Positions 1 through 17,279 are shown, counted from the stretch's first letter. The stretch is DNA of 64,000 nucleotides from Eledone cirrhosa (GCA_964016885.1 OZ024743.1:247194001-247258000), one strand, 5' to 3'. Made by a program: numbers and translations. Notes: generated by a model from the letters alone, not told the origin.

Positions 1-349
1 AAATCGTTTTATTTTACTTTCAAACAATTGTAAAATTAATGTTGGCCACAAGTGAAGATAAGATGAAAATTTAGATCCATTTTTTCCATCCGATGGAGAG
101 TGGAATATATTTTTCAAACAGGCCCTCTATCCTCTCAGGAATAAGCAGGTGAAGAAGAAGTAAAAAGAGTCCTTCATTAACATTAACACAGCTGTCATTC
201 ACAGTTGATTGTGACTTGGTAATATGTACCATGCTTCACTAATGGGTTTAAGAGCTCATGCAGTCATAAGCAGATATGGACACTTTCAAGACCCTCCTCA
301 CTCCAGAAGAACATCCATGATGTGACAACTGAAAGGGGGGGAAGCTGTC

Positions 350-500
350 TCAGTGCTACTAGTCTGGTACTTTCTTTATCAGCCATAAAAGGATGAAAGC
401 AAAATAGACCTCAGCAGAATTTAAACTCAGACCACAAAGAGCTGGAACAAATTTCATAACATATTTTATTCTATGTTGTAATGACTGCCAATCAATCACC
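350..500 (-). mobile_element. Degenerate tRNA-derived SINE
   Basis: ctggtact...aaaggatgaaagcaaaatagacctcagcagaatttaaactcaga is the reverse complement of the B-box plus conserved body of the better copy at 60075-60254. Confidence 0.6.
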
Positions 501-552
501 TTAATATTAACAGATAATAAAAATGATTCATGTTGACCTATGGTCAAGTACA

Positions 553-830
553 TAACCCTTTCATTACCATATTTCTAATGCAACATCTTGTCCATATGTT
601 TTAATTACCCTTTAAAATAATAATAAAAATTTAGAAACTTTGTAAAATAACTTACAGATCCATTCTAAAGGGGATGTTTGGAATACTGCTTAACAGAAGG
701 TTCTGACATAAAATTTTCAGAGTAGATTTAAATATAAATAATATACTCTAAAATAAACAGCTTTGTGTCATAGAATCAGGGGTAGTCACATGTGGGTGGG
801 TGTTTGTTTCGGTTGGTATCAAAAGGGCTA
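553..830. mobile_element. piggyBac-like MITE (CCCTTT...AAAGGG termini)
   Basis: taaccctttcattacca ... tggtatcaaaagggcta; same family as 62550-62786, in opposite orientation. Confidence 0.6.
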
Positions 831-1857
831 AAAATCATTCTTGTAACAAACTAAACACTATGACCATAACTGAAGCTGCCATAAATTGTTTTCTGCTTAC
901 ACTAGATTAAATTACACTAGTCTAAATCCACATAAAATATTTACAACATAGATAGTAACTGAGATTTCAAAGCAACCAGAAAAGAAAACAGTTATATAAG
1001 AAGCTATTAGGTTCCAAATTTTTCTGAGTCTCAAATCATTTAAGACTGAAATTAATACAAATCACAAATCTAATAGTTCATATTCCATTTCAATTTGGAT
1101 CAGTTAAAATGTTAAACAGATTTTATTTTATTTCATTTTTTGACAAATTGGTAGAGTCATTAATGCATTGAATTAAATGCTTTTCAGTATTTGTTCATGT
1201 TCTCTGCACTCTTTGTTTAAATTCCAAAGTCATCTTCAACTTTCAACCTTTAAGGATCAATAAAGTGTCAGACCAGATGCAGTTGAGTGGCAAAATTGCT
1301 AAAGCAGTGGGTGGGATGCCTTGCAGTATCTGTTCTGATTGTGTGTTCTGAATTCAAATCCAACCTCCTTGTCACCAGAAAAATGGTGATGCTTCTGTCA
1401 GGAGTTGCAGCTGACAAATAGTATAAGAAAAGGAAAGACCAATGGAAACAGTTTCCTTGGTTCATTTTGAAGATCAGCCTCTTTCCTCTTTTAATGCTTT
1501 CATGCTTTAAAAAGTAGGTTGCCTTTTATATATTCAACATTTGTATATGGTTTAAGTCAATAACTTAAACTATTGAACATTTGTATATAGTTTAAATCAA
1601 TTTCAGTCAATTGTTCTTGTTACAAATTGCACTACTGCCCATATTGTAAGATTGATACAAGTTGAGAAAAGTGCCTTACACAAAAGAGACAGAATCAGAC
1701 ATTACGACATGTCAACACCTAAAACCTATAGCCACAGTGTCTCTTATTTATACTTCTAAGATTCACTTAACTATTAACTTATTTTCTATGTTAATCAATA
1801 GAGAAACCCCACTACAAAACCTGGGAGTTGCCAGTTGAATCAAATATATTAATCAAT

Positions 1858-2110
1858 TTAAACCCTGCTGACACCAAACCATCTCTAGTTATAAATGTAA
1901 AAGTTTTTTCTATCAAAGTGTTTATATTTATCTAAAATCTTCCCTCATAATTTTATGTATGATCCTTTGTTAAATTATACTACAAACACCAACTAAATAA
2001 AGAAAATATTTGTTATATTTCTAAATACCTCCAAATTCTTGAATATTTTGAAAATGATCCAAAAGTCAAAGGCAGTGTCTTTCATTAGAAATATGGTAAT
2101 GAAAGGGCTA
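1858..2110. mobile_element. piggyBac-like MITE, degenerate copy
   Basis: ttaaaccctgctgacaccaaacc ... atatggtaatgaaagggcta; interior resembles 62550-62786. Confidence 0.55.
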
Positions 2111-3359
2111 ATACTGAATCCCTAATAAAGACAACTACTAGTTTCTTTTCATCTTGCTAAATCACACAAAGAAACACTGACATCAGCCAATATACTCATA
2201 TAAAGAAAGAATAAAGCAACAGACACACACATGCTCCATTCCATATTGACATGGTGAACTACTGTTGCCTATGTAATAATAAGGTCATTGTTTTGTATTT
2301 CTTTTATATCTGAACATTTCTAATCTAGATAAACTTGGAAGTCAAAGCATATTTAAAGTATTGACTATCAATTATGGAGAGGACGCAACATGGTTGAATG
2401 TTTAAGAAGTTCACTTCACAATCATTAGGTCCTTGTGAGTGAAGAGGGTAGATGGAAATCGTTTGGAAGCCCGTTGAATAGACTGTAACTGCCACTGATC
2501 TCTCAAATGGGCCAGAACCTATCTCACATATGTTCTTGCATTCCATTTCATTAAGTGTATGCGTGTTTGTAAAATGCTCAGACATACATAAATTTCTTGA
2601 GCAAGTTATTCTGTTGAACTAACAACTGGAACATTCATTGTTGAAACCAACAGAGATTTATTCTATTCCAACTAAGAAAGTGGAATAAGATAAAAAAAAA
2701 ATTACACTAGATTATGCAAATATGAAAGAACAAATATAGCTGAGGAAGTTCATGAAAACCTGACCTGTCATGTCACCTTAATTCCTGATAGAGTTGTAGG
2801 TGTGCCATCGTTATATACAGTATATCTTGAACATTTAAACCTAGAGGAACCCATCCCTCACCAGGTCAGAACACTTCTTAGAGAGTAAGAGAGAGGAGGA
2901 GAATCTACCCCAGTGTTGAACCGGTACTTTATTTATTGACCTTGAAAGGATTTGCTCTCAGAATGAGAACTGGAACAAATTTTACAGAGCATTCTAACAT
3001 TCTAATGACTCTACCACTTCAATGCCTTTCTATAAACCTGATACAATCTATTCTAAGTACCAACTGTCTATATTGTCAGGGAAATTAGTTATCTATATAG
3101 CCAGAGACTCCAGCTAAACAATCACAATTGTCATCATCTAATGGATAAAATACTGTATATCATGGCACATGATATATATTATAAATATATATATATATTA
3201 TAAATATATATATATAAATATATATATAGTGAAAAGATAACAAGGACGATTGGTTACTCCTTCATTACATTTATTATTCTTTGGGTCTTATATGCAAAGT
3301 TGAGCTTACCCATAATTACATTGAAAAAATGTTTTCCTAATATTCTCTATGCGCTGAAT

Positions 3360-3490
3360 TGGCAGAGATGTGAGAGAATCGTATTATATGCATCACATTT
3401 GTTCCAGACCACTGTGCTTTGAGTTCAAATCCTGCCAAGTTCAAATTTACCTTTAATTATTTCAGAGTCAATAAAATACCAATCCAAGTT
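3360..3490 (+). mobile_element. tRNA-derived SINE fragment
   Basis: A-box-like tggcagag, B box gagttcaaatcc, then ...aataaaatacca. Confidence 0.55.
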
Positions 3491-4980
3491 ACAGTAACAG
3501 TATCTAATCTGGTTCTGTCTGTTCTGGGTCCAAATTCTGCCTCTCCTTCAGTCAGTAGTTGTGACCACCAGATAAGACCAGCAATGCAAACATTGCTTCC
3601 TTAGTCCAATCTGACAATCGGCACCTTTCCAATCTAATATTCCCTGCTGAAATTGAAGGGTTTTATATGCCCTTGGGTCTTATATGCCATCATATATAGT
3701 ATATTAAAATACAAATACTAGTGAAATTAGAAAACACTTCTTAAATAAATATGTCAAATACACTTAACCTTAGAATCATTAAATATAATAATTATAATTT
3801 ATTAAACTATTAAAGTAAAAAATTACTATTGCCAATTATTTGAAATTTCAAGTAAATCACCATTCTCATAATAACCACTGCCAATAACTAAAGAAGTGAC
3901 CACCCCATGTTAACATGAACATTTTTTAATGGCATTAAACAGACGAAAAACCTGGCAATGATGACTTAGTTAATAAACAAAAAGTTTTGATTAAATTAAT
4001 TTTAAAAATATCTAATTGCTAAACAGATTTCGTTTAAAATAAATTCAATTCTAAATAGAAAAAATATCTCTTTAACAAAACTTAGTAATATAAAACCTAA
4101 ATGTTTATGTTCTATTTAATAAATGTTTTAAAATTCATTTCTAAATAGGATAGCAATTACAAATATATTGATTCAATAAAATTAGTTTTCCGATGAAAAT
4201 GAAACATTCAACAGAAAATCATAGTAAAATAATGCAAAGCAACATAAATTATGTTTAATCACAGCAAAACAGCTTTGTATGAAAGACAACAATAAACAAT
4301 AGCATACAAATTGAATAAATCAAACTTTACCAATGTTTGTGCATGGCTAACATATTCAAATAAACAAAAATTCAGTGAGTTAAACAATTGAACATAATTA
4401 TAATTTTTGCAGCTCTTTAATGCCAAACATGACAATGAACTGTTTTTTAAGCAAAGTTTCAATTGATATTAAATATAAACATAAAATTTTGGACAGAAAA
4501 GAGCAATAGGAAAGAGAGGACATTGCTTATGAATTTTTTTGGAGCCTCTAAAAGTGATTAGAGTGAGGGAAGAAGCTATTCTCAAACTTGTGACTTGGTC
4601 TGAATGCTTATGGCAGAAAAAGCACTGCTAAAGGCATCCAAGTGCCCGGTGATAGGGTTAAACCAGGTGACAGATTAATACTACCACCTAAGTTGACCAC
4701 AATGAGATTTGAACTCAGAACATAACGAGCCAGAACAAATACCTTACGGACCATCATTTGGCACTATAAAAATTCCATCAATCCACTATCTGTTATCAGC
4801 CCCAAAAAGATGAAAGGCAAAGTTGAAATTGTTAAGATTTACTCATGTTTCAAATTGACGTTTCTAATATCTGATATCGTTTACTAAACATTTTAGATAT
4901 TTCATAAAGTTTCTATTATTCCTGAGGTAAATATATATATATACATACTTATACATACATACATATACATACATACATGT

Positions 4981-5027
<47 letters not shown>

Positions 5028-5072
5028 CACATACATATATACACACACATATATATATACATACATATATAT

Positions 5073-5434
5073 CATCATCACCATTATTTTACGTCCGCTT
5101 TTCCCTGCTTGCAAGGGTGGGACAGGTCCTATTCAGCACAGCATCTCTCCACTTGTCACGGTCCTTCGTCATCTCCACTGAGCTTCACGATCTGAGGTCT
5201 GCTCTCACCACATCCGCACATATTTTTTGTGGTCTACCTCAACCACGTCTTCCTTCAACTGGCATTTCTTGTCACTTCTTCACCCATCGGTCATCCTGCA
5301 TGCGCATCACATGTCTATACCATCGCATTCTCCTCTCCCGCACACTACAATCTATCCCTCTCAACCACAGTCTCTCTCTCAACACATCCATGCTTGGTCG
5401 TTCACGCACATTGATATTGCACATCCAACGGAGC
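5073..5434 (-). mobile_element. 5'-truncated RTE LINE (divergent subfamily), RT C-terminus + short 3' UTR + (GAT)n tail
   Basis: Minus frame gives MLRWMCNINVRERPSMDVLRERLWLRGIDCSVRERRMRWYRHVMRM, homologous to the RTE at 19276-19410. Confidence 0.85.
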
Positions 5435-5498
5435 ATATATACATATATATATACATACATATATATATATATATACATATATATACATATACACATAT

Positions 5499-5820
5499 CT
5501 TGGTTGTCCATCGTAAAGGATGATGACATCTTCTTTATTTTAGTTCCCGTCTACCATGGGCACGAAGGTGGCTGTGGAGGCCGATTATCGATGCAAGGAT
5601 TTGGGAGTGCACGCTAAAGAAGAAACCTGTGCAGGAAAGGTTTATAGTGGGAGGTTTATTGCTGTCGCCGCCTTTGTCACTGTTGGGACGATGTTGTCCT
5701 CCTCCACTCACACCGCCGGGCCCAGTCTTCGCATGCAGAGGCTGGCATCCCCTAATCTAACTCACCGGGGAGTTTCAGATCCATTTGGCTACCCTCAACC
5801 TGGTTCGGCCCGCCAGCCAA
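5499..5820 (-). mobile_element. Probable non-autonomous RTE-derived element fragment
   Basis: Non-coding GC-richer block starting at a TA array; its ends resemble RTE 3' and 5' UTR motifs (recognition only, not aligned). Confidence 0.35.
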
Positions 5821-5984
5821 GGTGTTCTGAAAGTACAGTAGCCAGAGTCAGAACGGGATGGAAAAAGTTCAGAGAGCTTATACCGCTGTTGGCCACAAAA
5901 GGGTTCTCTCTAAAAATGAAAGGCAGATTGTATGATGCCTGTATACGAACAACAATGCTGCATGGCAGCGAGATATGGGCATTG
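5821..5984 (+). mobile_element. Internal RTE RT fragment
   Basis: [54 protein letters not shown], nearly identical to the protein at 19071-19232. Confidence 0.9.
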
Positions 5985-6085
5985 GCAATATTATTACAAC
6001 AATATGACCGTCCCCAAGTATAACAATATCTGTTTCGACACACAATTTCATATCAAAAGCCTTGCAAAACAAATTCATCACAGTC
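5981..6085. repeat. Mini-element modules A+B, divergent and rearranged copy
   Basis: gaccgtccccaagtataacaat followed by a homologue of the reverse complement of 38585-38640. Confidence 0.7.
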
Positions 6086-6194
6086 ATATATATATATATA
6101 TATACTTATATATACAATATATATATACATATATATATAGATATATATATATACATATATACATATATATATACATATATATATATACATATAT

Positions 6195-6556
6195 ATGGTG
6201 GCTGCCAACTCGTTTTCGAGTACGGCCACTACTTTATATCAATGTAGGAGAACCCCTTCCGATGTGCTGAACGAGTGTGACTTTTTAGTCCAGCCAGCGA
6301 CTTGAAAACTCTGGTACAGAGTTGCAGGTGTTATATCAGAGTTTTCCTTTTCCTAGAATTCTGCTTTTGGATGGCCATTGACTCTTAAGAGCTCCTTTGG
6401 CCTTTGACAAGTTTTGTTTTTAGTCCTGCAGGATGTCCAAAGTCACCCTCCTCACCAAGAAACCTTGGTGGGGTTGCCAGTTTAGTCGTCAACGACCTGA
6501 CCATGAGACAGGTTGTACTGGGATACATGTTACCAGTAGCACCAACTGGTGACCTG
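6195..6556 (-). mobile_element. Non-autonomous ~600-bp element, internally deleted copy
   Basis: Reverse complement of 42408-43005 with two internal deletions; TA arrays on both sides. Confidence 0.85.
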
Positions 6557-6621
6557 ACATACATACATATATATACATACATACATATATATAAATATAC
6601 ATACAGATATATACATATATA

Positions 6622-7103
6622 TCATCATCACCGTTTTACGTCCGTTCTTCCATGCTAGCATGGGTTAGACGGGTTGTCTTGTTGTGGGCAGTGTCTGGTC
6701 GGCTGACCATGCCTTGCTCATACAGGAACTTATTTGGCTTGATTTCTACAGCTGGATGCCCTTCCTAAAACCAACCTCAATTATAGTGAGTGCTGGGTGC
6801 TTTTTCGTGGCGCCTACACGTCCACTTTACAGTGTGGGCTGGGTGCATTTTTTCCGTGGCACGACCACCTTGCAGTGGGAGGGTGTGGGGGCATATTGTG
6901 TATATACTTCAGCTTGTACCCATGGGAGGTCGGGTACTCTGTATTACTGCATGACGCCAGAGGTCACGGGTCATCGCCTTTGAGAGGTGTAATTGGGTAA
7001 TGTCTGCTTTTATCACCTCATCCCAGGTTATTTGGGTCTCCCCACTCCGCGGTTTCCATCGACTTCTAGTGTTCTGCACCTTTTAATGCAGCTGTAATCA
7101 TTA
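6622..7103 (-). mobile_element. 5'-truncated RTE (family B) 3' end
   Basis: Reverse complement of ~28000-28499 with (CAT)n tail. Confidence 0.9.
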
Positions 7104-7228
7104 TATATATATATATATATAATGTATAGTAAACAATACAATATAATTACCTCATTACCTCTGGTAATGACATAGAGCACTCTTCACTCCTATGACTTTT
7201 TCAATTCCAATGGAAACTTCAATATTCA

Positions 7229-10677
<3,449 letters not shown>

Positions 10678-11406
10678 CCGCTGGATGTGTAACAGTAATA
10701 TACGTGAACGGCAAAGCATAAACGAACTAAGGAAAAAATTAGAGATAAGAGGGATCAGATGTTGTTTACTCAAGAGAAGGCTACGTTGGTATGGACACGT
10801 GATGCGCATGAAAGTCGATAGCTGTATAACAAAGTGCAGGGCAATAAAGATAGACGGTAGTCACGGAATAGGCAGACCTAGAAAAACCTGGGACGAGCTG
10901 ATAAACTCCGACATCACACACTTACACCTCTCCAAGACAATGTCACTGGACCGAGACCTTTGGCGGTACTCAGTAACAGAGAAGACCCGCCTTACCTAAA
11001 TATATAGTAAAACCTACTCCAGCCAGTAGGCATCTCTAACAAAATACACCCCGTCCCACCACCACCACCCCCACCCCATCCACACCACCCCGTTCTATGT
11101 AAAGTTATGTTGGTGCCGCGCCATCCAGGCCGAAACAAATGAGATCGTGTAGGTGTCACGACAAAAAAAAAAAACACACAGTCCACGCTGTAATGTGGCC
11201 GTGTAGGCAACACGGTAAAAACCTCCCAGACCCACACTGTAAATGTGGTTGGTGTTAGGAAGGGCATCCAACTGTAGAAAACCTGCCAGACAGTCCTATG
11301 CGAGCAAGACAATCACTCTTGCCTCAAGTGGGACTACCCCCGTCCAAACCCATGCAAGCGTGGAACACGGACGTTAAACGTTGATGATGATGATGATGAT
11401 GATGAT
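10678..11406 (+). mobile_element. 5'-truncated RTE (family A) 3' end
   Basis: ORF 10685-10999 almost identical to the C-terminus of the 17589-19601 ORF; same 3' UTR and (GAT)n tail. Confidence 0.95.
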
Positions 11407-11488
11407 ACATACATATATATATATATATACATACATATACATATATATATATATATATACATACATATACATATATATATATATATAC

Positions 11489-11519
<31 letters not shown>

Positions 11520-11544
11520 CATACATACATACATATATATATAC

Positions 11545-11575
<31 letters not shown>

Positions 11576-11687
11576 CATACATACATACATATATACATAC
11601 ATACATACATACATATATATATATACATACATACATATATATATACATACATACATACATATATATATACATACATATATATATATA

Positions 11688-11723
<36 letters not shown>

Positions 11724-11747
11724 CATATACATATATATATACATACA

Positions 11748-11779
<32 letters not shown>

Positions 11780-11894
11780 CATACATATATATATATATAC
11801 ATACATATACATATATATACATACATATACATATATATACATACATATACATATATATATATATACATACATATATATATATATATATACATAC

Positions 11895-11949
<55 letters not shown>

Positions 11950-11968
11950 CATACATACATATATATAT

Positions 11969-12005
<37 letters not shown>

Positions 12006-12170
12006 CATACATATATATATATATATATATACATACATATATATATATATATACATACATATATATATATATATACATACATACATATATATATATATAT
12101 ACATACATACATACATATATATATATATATACATACATACATATATATATATACATACATATATATATAT

Positions 12171-12203
<33 letters not shown>

Positions 12204-12286
12204 CATACATATATATATACATACATATACATATATTTCTATATACATACATATATATATACATACATATACATATATATATATAT

Positions 12287-12329
<43 letters not shown>

Positions 12330-12386
12330 CATACATATATACATACATATATATATATATATACATACATATATATATATACATAC

Positions 12387-12429
<43 letters not shown>

Positions 12430-12430
12430 C

Positions 12431-13233
12431 CTATAAGGAGTTTTGCGTCCGCGTGAGTGTGCAGGTTCGTACGTATGGTGGGTGTGTGTATAAGTGTACT
12501 TCTTGTTTTAGTTGACTTACGTCTCCGAACATTCGTGTATTTATATATAGGTATGCGTGTGCGCTTGTTATATACGTATTTATTTACTTATATACGTTTA
12601 TATAATTATTTATTTATTTGTACACAAGCATACACACACACACATATTTATATGTGCGTGGTTTTGTATACCCATGGTAAGGTTTTGCGTATGCTTGTGT
12701 ATGTACGTATCTGTTTGCGTGTATGTATTTATTTGTTCCTATTACTTCTGTATTGTATTTATTTACTTTATTCTTAACTCTGTAGCGGAGATTCATTTGG
12801 TCTCCTAGTTAGAATTTTAGTCTACGATTTCTGCTATACCATTTACGTGGTTTTGTCTTTGCGTGCTATTGTTCTCCACGCTCCACATGTGACTTATTAT
12901 CTTCGTTTTTTCGTTCATTGCCAGAGAACGTCTCTATGCACCACCTAAGAGAACATTAGTCTACGACCTCTTTTATACCATAAACGTGGTTTTGTCTTTG
13001 CGCGTAATTGTTTTTCACCACTCCTATTAATGACGTATTATTCGTTTTTTCCCGTTCTTTGCCAGCGAACGTTACCACGAACCAAAGTATCGTCTTCCTG
13101 TCTTCCTCCAGTTGCAACGTTTTTTGAAATATCCAGTTCTGCGTTTACAGATTGACTTTGTTAGTTTCAGAAGATCCCGTTAAGGGTGAAAGCAGCGATT
13201 CTTTGCTTAAACTTTAATCTGTTATTTTAATAA
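12431..13233 (+). mobile_element. Non-coding T-rich insert, possible Penelope-like 3' end
   Basis: TA-flanked; internal imperfect direct repeat (12845 vs 12984); degenerate hammerhead-like core at 13168-13191; AATAAA at its end. Confidence 0.35.
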
Positions 13234-13486
13234 ATATATATACATATATATATATATATATACATATATATATACATATATATATACATATATATATATA
13301 CATATACACATATATATATATACATATATATATACATATATATATATACATATACACATATATATATATACATATACACATATATATATATACATATACA
13401 CATATATATATATATATACACATATATATATATATATATACACATATATATATATATACACATATATATATATATATATACACACA

Positions 13487-13668
<182 letters not shown>

Positions 13669-13669
13669 C

Positions 13670-13859
<190 letters not shown>

Positions 13860-13908
13860 GTGTATATATATATATATATATGTGTATATATATATATATA
13901 CACATATA

Positions 13909-14536
13909 GACACTCCGCATGCCATCTCACAGTCTGTGGCTTACTCCAGTGCCACGGAACACCCGCCCATCGCTTACGGTCGAACAACGTACTATCTTCA
14001 TCTTACAGACCCACACTCCCCCGGCCTGAACTCCCCACCCTTATTCCTTTAGCGTTCGACCGCCCCCCCTCCCCCCACACTTATCCCCCACTAACACCAC
14101 TAACACACCCCTCCTTTTCACCGCCCATCCCACACTAACAATACTAACACCTCCACTCCACCCCTCATCTGACCACCCTTCCCCAACTAACATACTAACA
14201 TCCCTTCCCTCCCCTCTTCTCCTCCTCCTTATCACACGCACACACGCACCCACTTACACCACCCACCCCCACGCAACTAACATCACTAACACCCTCCAAC
14301 CCCACGCACACGTACCCACACACCCTCGTACACCACCAACTCTACACACCCTACCCCCACTAACCCCCACTCACACCTGCATTCCACCCCTCCCCACCTC
14401 CCGTATATTAACACCCACTAACACCTCTTCACCAAACTACACACACACCAGTACACCACACTCCCTCCATAGAACCACACACACTCTTCTCTCCCCGCTC
14501 CACACTCACTCATCCCACTAACACCCCACTAATACA

Positions 14537-14594
<58 letters not shown>

Positions 14595-15542
14595 CCTCAC
14601 TCCAACTCTCACACCTACCCATCCTCGCCTCCCTACCATTCCGCCGACTGCTGCTATGCCCTTCCGACCACTGTCTCAGCACCAACTGACCACAGCACTT
14701 CCACTGCTGACCACTTCCTGTTGCGCGCGCACCCCACATCTCTCCTCTTCCGACCACCGCTTCTTGGATTACCCACACGCGTTTTGACTTCTCACCAAAA
14801 TCTCCATACATCCGTGTAACTTACCACTTTTCAACCATCCTCTAACACCATCACCTATATAACTCACCCACACACACACACCCCAAAACAAATTTTTTTT
14901 ATCCACACGCCACCCACACCCACAACACGCTTAAACCACACACACACGTGCTTCCCACCACATATTTACACCCTCAGCCCCCTGATTCCTCTCCCCCCAC
15001 CCCCCTATCCACACACGCACAGACCCTCCGACCCGCAAAAACCCCCCCCACACACACCTTCCTGAACATGCAACCCCGTTCTTCCCCCAACCCTCACTTT
15101 CACATACACACACACACACACACACACCACCTTCAGCCCTCCCCGCTCGGACACCCTGTCTCCCTCTCCCCACTCCACCCGCCACCACCCCTACTCACCC
15201 CACACCCTTCCACCACCTGTTTACCCCCCTTTTAATTTCAGTTTATTTTGATCATGCCTTTATTTTTAAATTTTCTCATTCCTTGTATTTTGATCATGCT
15301 TTATTTTCATTTATTATTTATTATATTTTTGTCTTCATTTGTTAATTTTTCATTCGCACCGTTTCCTTTCGCTATATGTCTCTCCACCACTCCCCTACAC
15401 ACCTTTTGAACTCTCACCTGAAGAAGGGCTTATGCCCGAAACGTCGTCCCCACCTACCCCCCACTCTCCTGAGCGTGAATTTAATAAACATTTGTCGTAC
15501 TGCCTCTCTGTTCTGTCCCTGTTCAATTTTTCATTATACACG
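13909..15542 (+). mobile_element. 5'-truncated Penelope-like element: GIY-YIG endonuclease C-terminus + C/A-rich 3' region + hammerhead core
   Basis: Across two frameshifts reads [16 protein letters not shown]...[17 protein letters not shown] (13911-14052), resembling the Penelope GIY-YIG C-terminal 'E..IF.L.T..P.GLN' motif; hammerhead core at 15418; AATAAA at 15483. Confidence 0.7.
15414..15478 (+). ncRNA. Hammerhead-like core (stem I uncertain)
   Basis: CTGAAGA-a-gggc(ttat)gccc-GAAA-cgtcg-TC; a stem I partner is possible only at a distance (tcac 15414 / gtga 15475). Confidence 0.5.
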
Positions 15543-15917
15543 TATATATATATACATATATATATATATATACATATATATATACATATATATATATACA
15601 TATATATATATACATATATATATACATATATATATATACATATAGATATATACATATAGATATATACATATAGATATATACATATATATATACATATATA
15701 TATACATATATATATACATATATATATACATATATATATACATATATATATATATATACATATATATATACATATATATATACATATATATATACATATA
15801 TATATATATATACATATATATATACATATATATATACATATATATATACATATATATATACATATATATATATACATATATATATACATATATATATACA
15901 TATATATACATATATAC

Positions 15918-15960
<43 letters not shown>

Positions 15961-15987
15961 TATATACATATATATATACATATATAC

Positions 15988-16036
<49 letters not shown>

Positions 16037-16242
16037 CATATATATATATATACATATATATATACATATATATTTTCTGTTCCTATTAAGTGCTAAATAC
16101 GTTTAGGTTTTTGGACGTATTTAACTGAACAAATTTTGTATTTTTGTTAATCGCTTGTTAAATGCATAGACCCATCTCAATCAAATCATTACCTTCTTGC
16201 TAGCTACCCAACACCCCTCCCACCCCCACACACCACCATTGC

Positions 16243-16306
16243 TATTACGTGGACCAATCATAAAACAGCCCCCACGTATCACCAGTATTATTACGCGGAC
16301 CAATCA
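16243..16306 (+). promoter_or_regulatory. Duplicated CCAAT-box module in RTE 5' UTR (candidate internal promoter)
   Basis: tattacgtggaCCAATca at 16243 and tattacgcggaCCAATca at 16289. Confidence 0.4.
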
Positions 16307-16430
16307 GAAACCAGAGGCCTATACTATCGCTTGCCTGGTTGCCTTTCGATATACGATATATGATGGATGGATGGACTGCGGAATCCTGGAGAGTGGAGGT
16401 GAGAGAGAAAAATCTGGACGCTCAGCGACA

Positions 16431-17279
16431 ATGCCAAAGATAAAGACAAATTCACCCCTTGGACGAGAATGCGAGCACTCCTCATTGTTTCGACCACGGA
16501 CGGCTAACATAACACCATCGCCCCCCGCCCCTCACCGCCCCCAACCCCCAAACGCAATCCAAAACTTCAGAGTTGGTACCATAAATGTAGGCACCCTAAA
16601 GGGTCGCGCTAACGAGGTTGTAGAAATGCTTGAACGTAAGGAGGTCGATGTTTGTTGTATTCAAGAGACCAGGTGGAGGGGTGGGTCTGCTAGGTTCATT
16701 GAGGGTAAAAAACGTTGTTATAAGCTTTTCTGGGTGGGAAACGACGATGGGCTGGGTGGAGTAGGAATCATGGTAGCAGAAAAGTGGGCAGATAAGATAA
16801 TAGACGTAAATAGAGTGAACGACAGAATAATTAAAATACGACTTGTCCTCAATAGAACTACGGTGACAGTAATATCTGCGTACGCACCCCAATCCGGACT
16901 GCCCGGCACTATAAAAGACAGATTCTATGAGACACTGATGCTAACTACCTCCCAAATATCCGACAGTGACTATATAATTATCGCAGGCGACCTAAATGGT
17001 CACGTTGGACAACATTGTGACGGCTACGACGAAATCCATGGAGGCTATGGGTTTGGTACTAGAAATGAGGAAGGCTCCAGAATCCTGGAATTCTGTGATG
17101 CAAATAACCTAACTATCTGTAACACTAACTTCAAAAAACGTGACAATCACCTGATCACCTATAGATCCGGGGAACACACAAGCCAGGTAGATTATATCCT
17201 TACCAGAAGACGTGACAGAGTGTCTGTTGTTAACACTAAATCCCTCCCCATGAAGAATGCAACTCCCAACATAGACTGA
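16431..17279 (+). CDS. RTE AP-endonuclease domain (frameshift near 17250)
   Basis: GTINVGTL, CCIQETRW, SAYAPQ, AGDLNGHVG, QVDYIL motifs; continues in another frame as EECNSQHRLIISDL. Confidence 0.92.
   Translation: MPKIKTNSPLGRECEHSSLFRPRTANITPSPPAPHRPQPPNAIQNFRVGTINVGTLKGRANEVVEMLERKEVDVCCIQETRWRGGSARFIEGKKRCYKLFWVGNDDGLGGVGIMVAEKWADKIIDVNRVNDRIIKIRLVLNRTTVTVISAYAPQSGLPGTIKDRFYETLMLTTSQISDSDYIIIAGDLNGHVGQHCDGYDEIHGGYGFGTRNEEGSRILEFCDANNLTICNTNFKKRDNHLITYRSGEHTSQVDYILTRRRDRVSVVNTKSLPMKNATPNID

Noticed and set aside
2325-2585. 86-aa minus-strand ORF (MSEHFT...) as a possible terminal exon
   Set aside because: No recognisable LPCAT or other domain similarity; splice acceptor not compelling
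13168-13200. Functional hammerhead
   Set aside because: Core is CAGAAGA, there is no UH after stem III and no stem I; kept only as a decayed candidate
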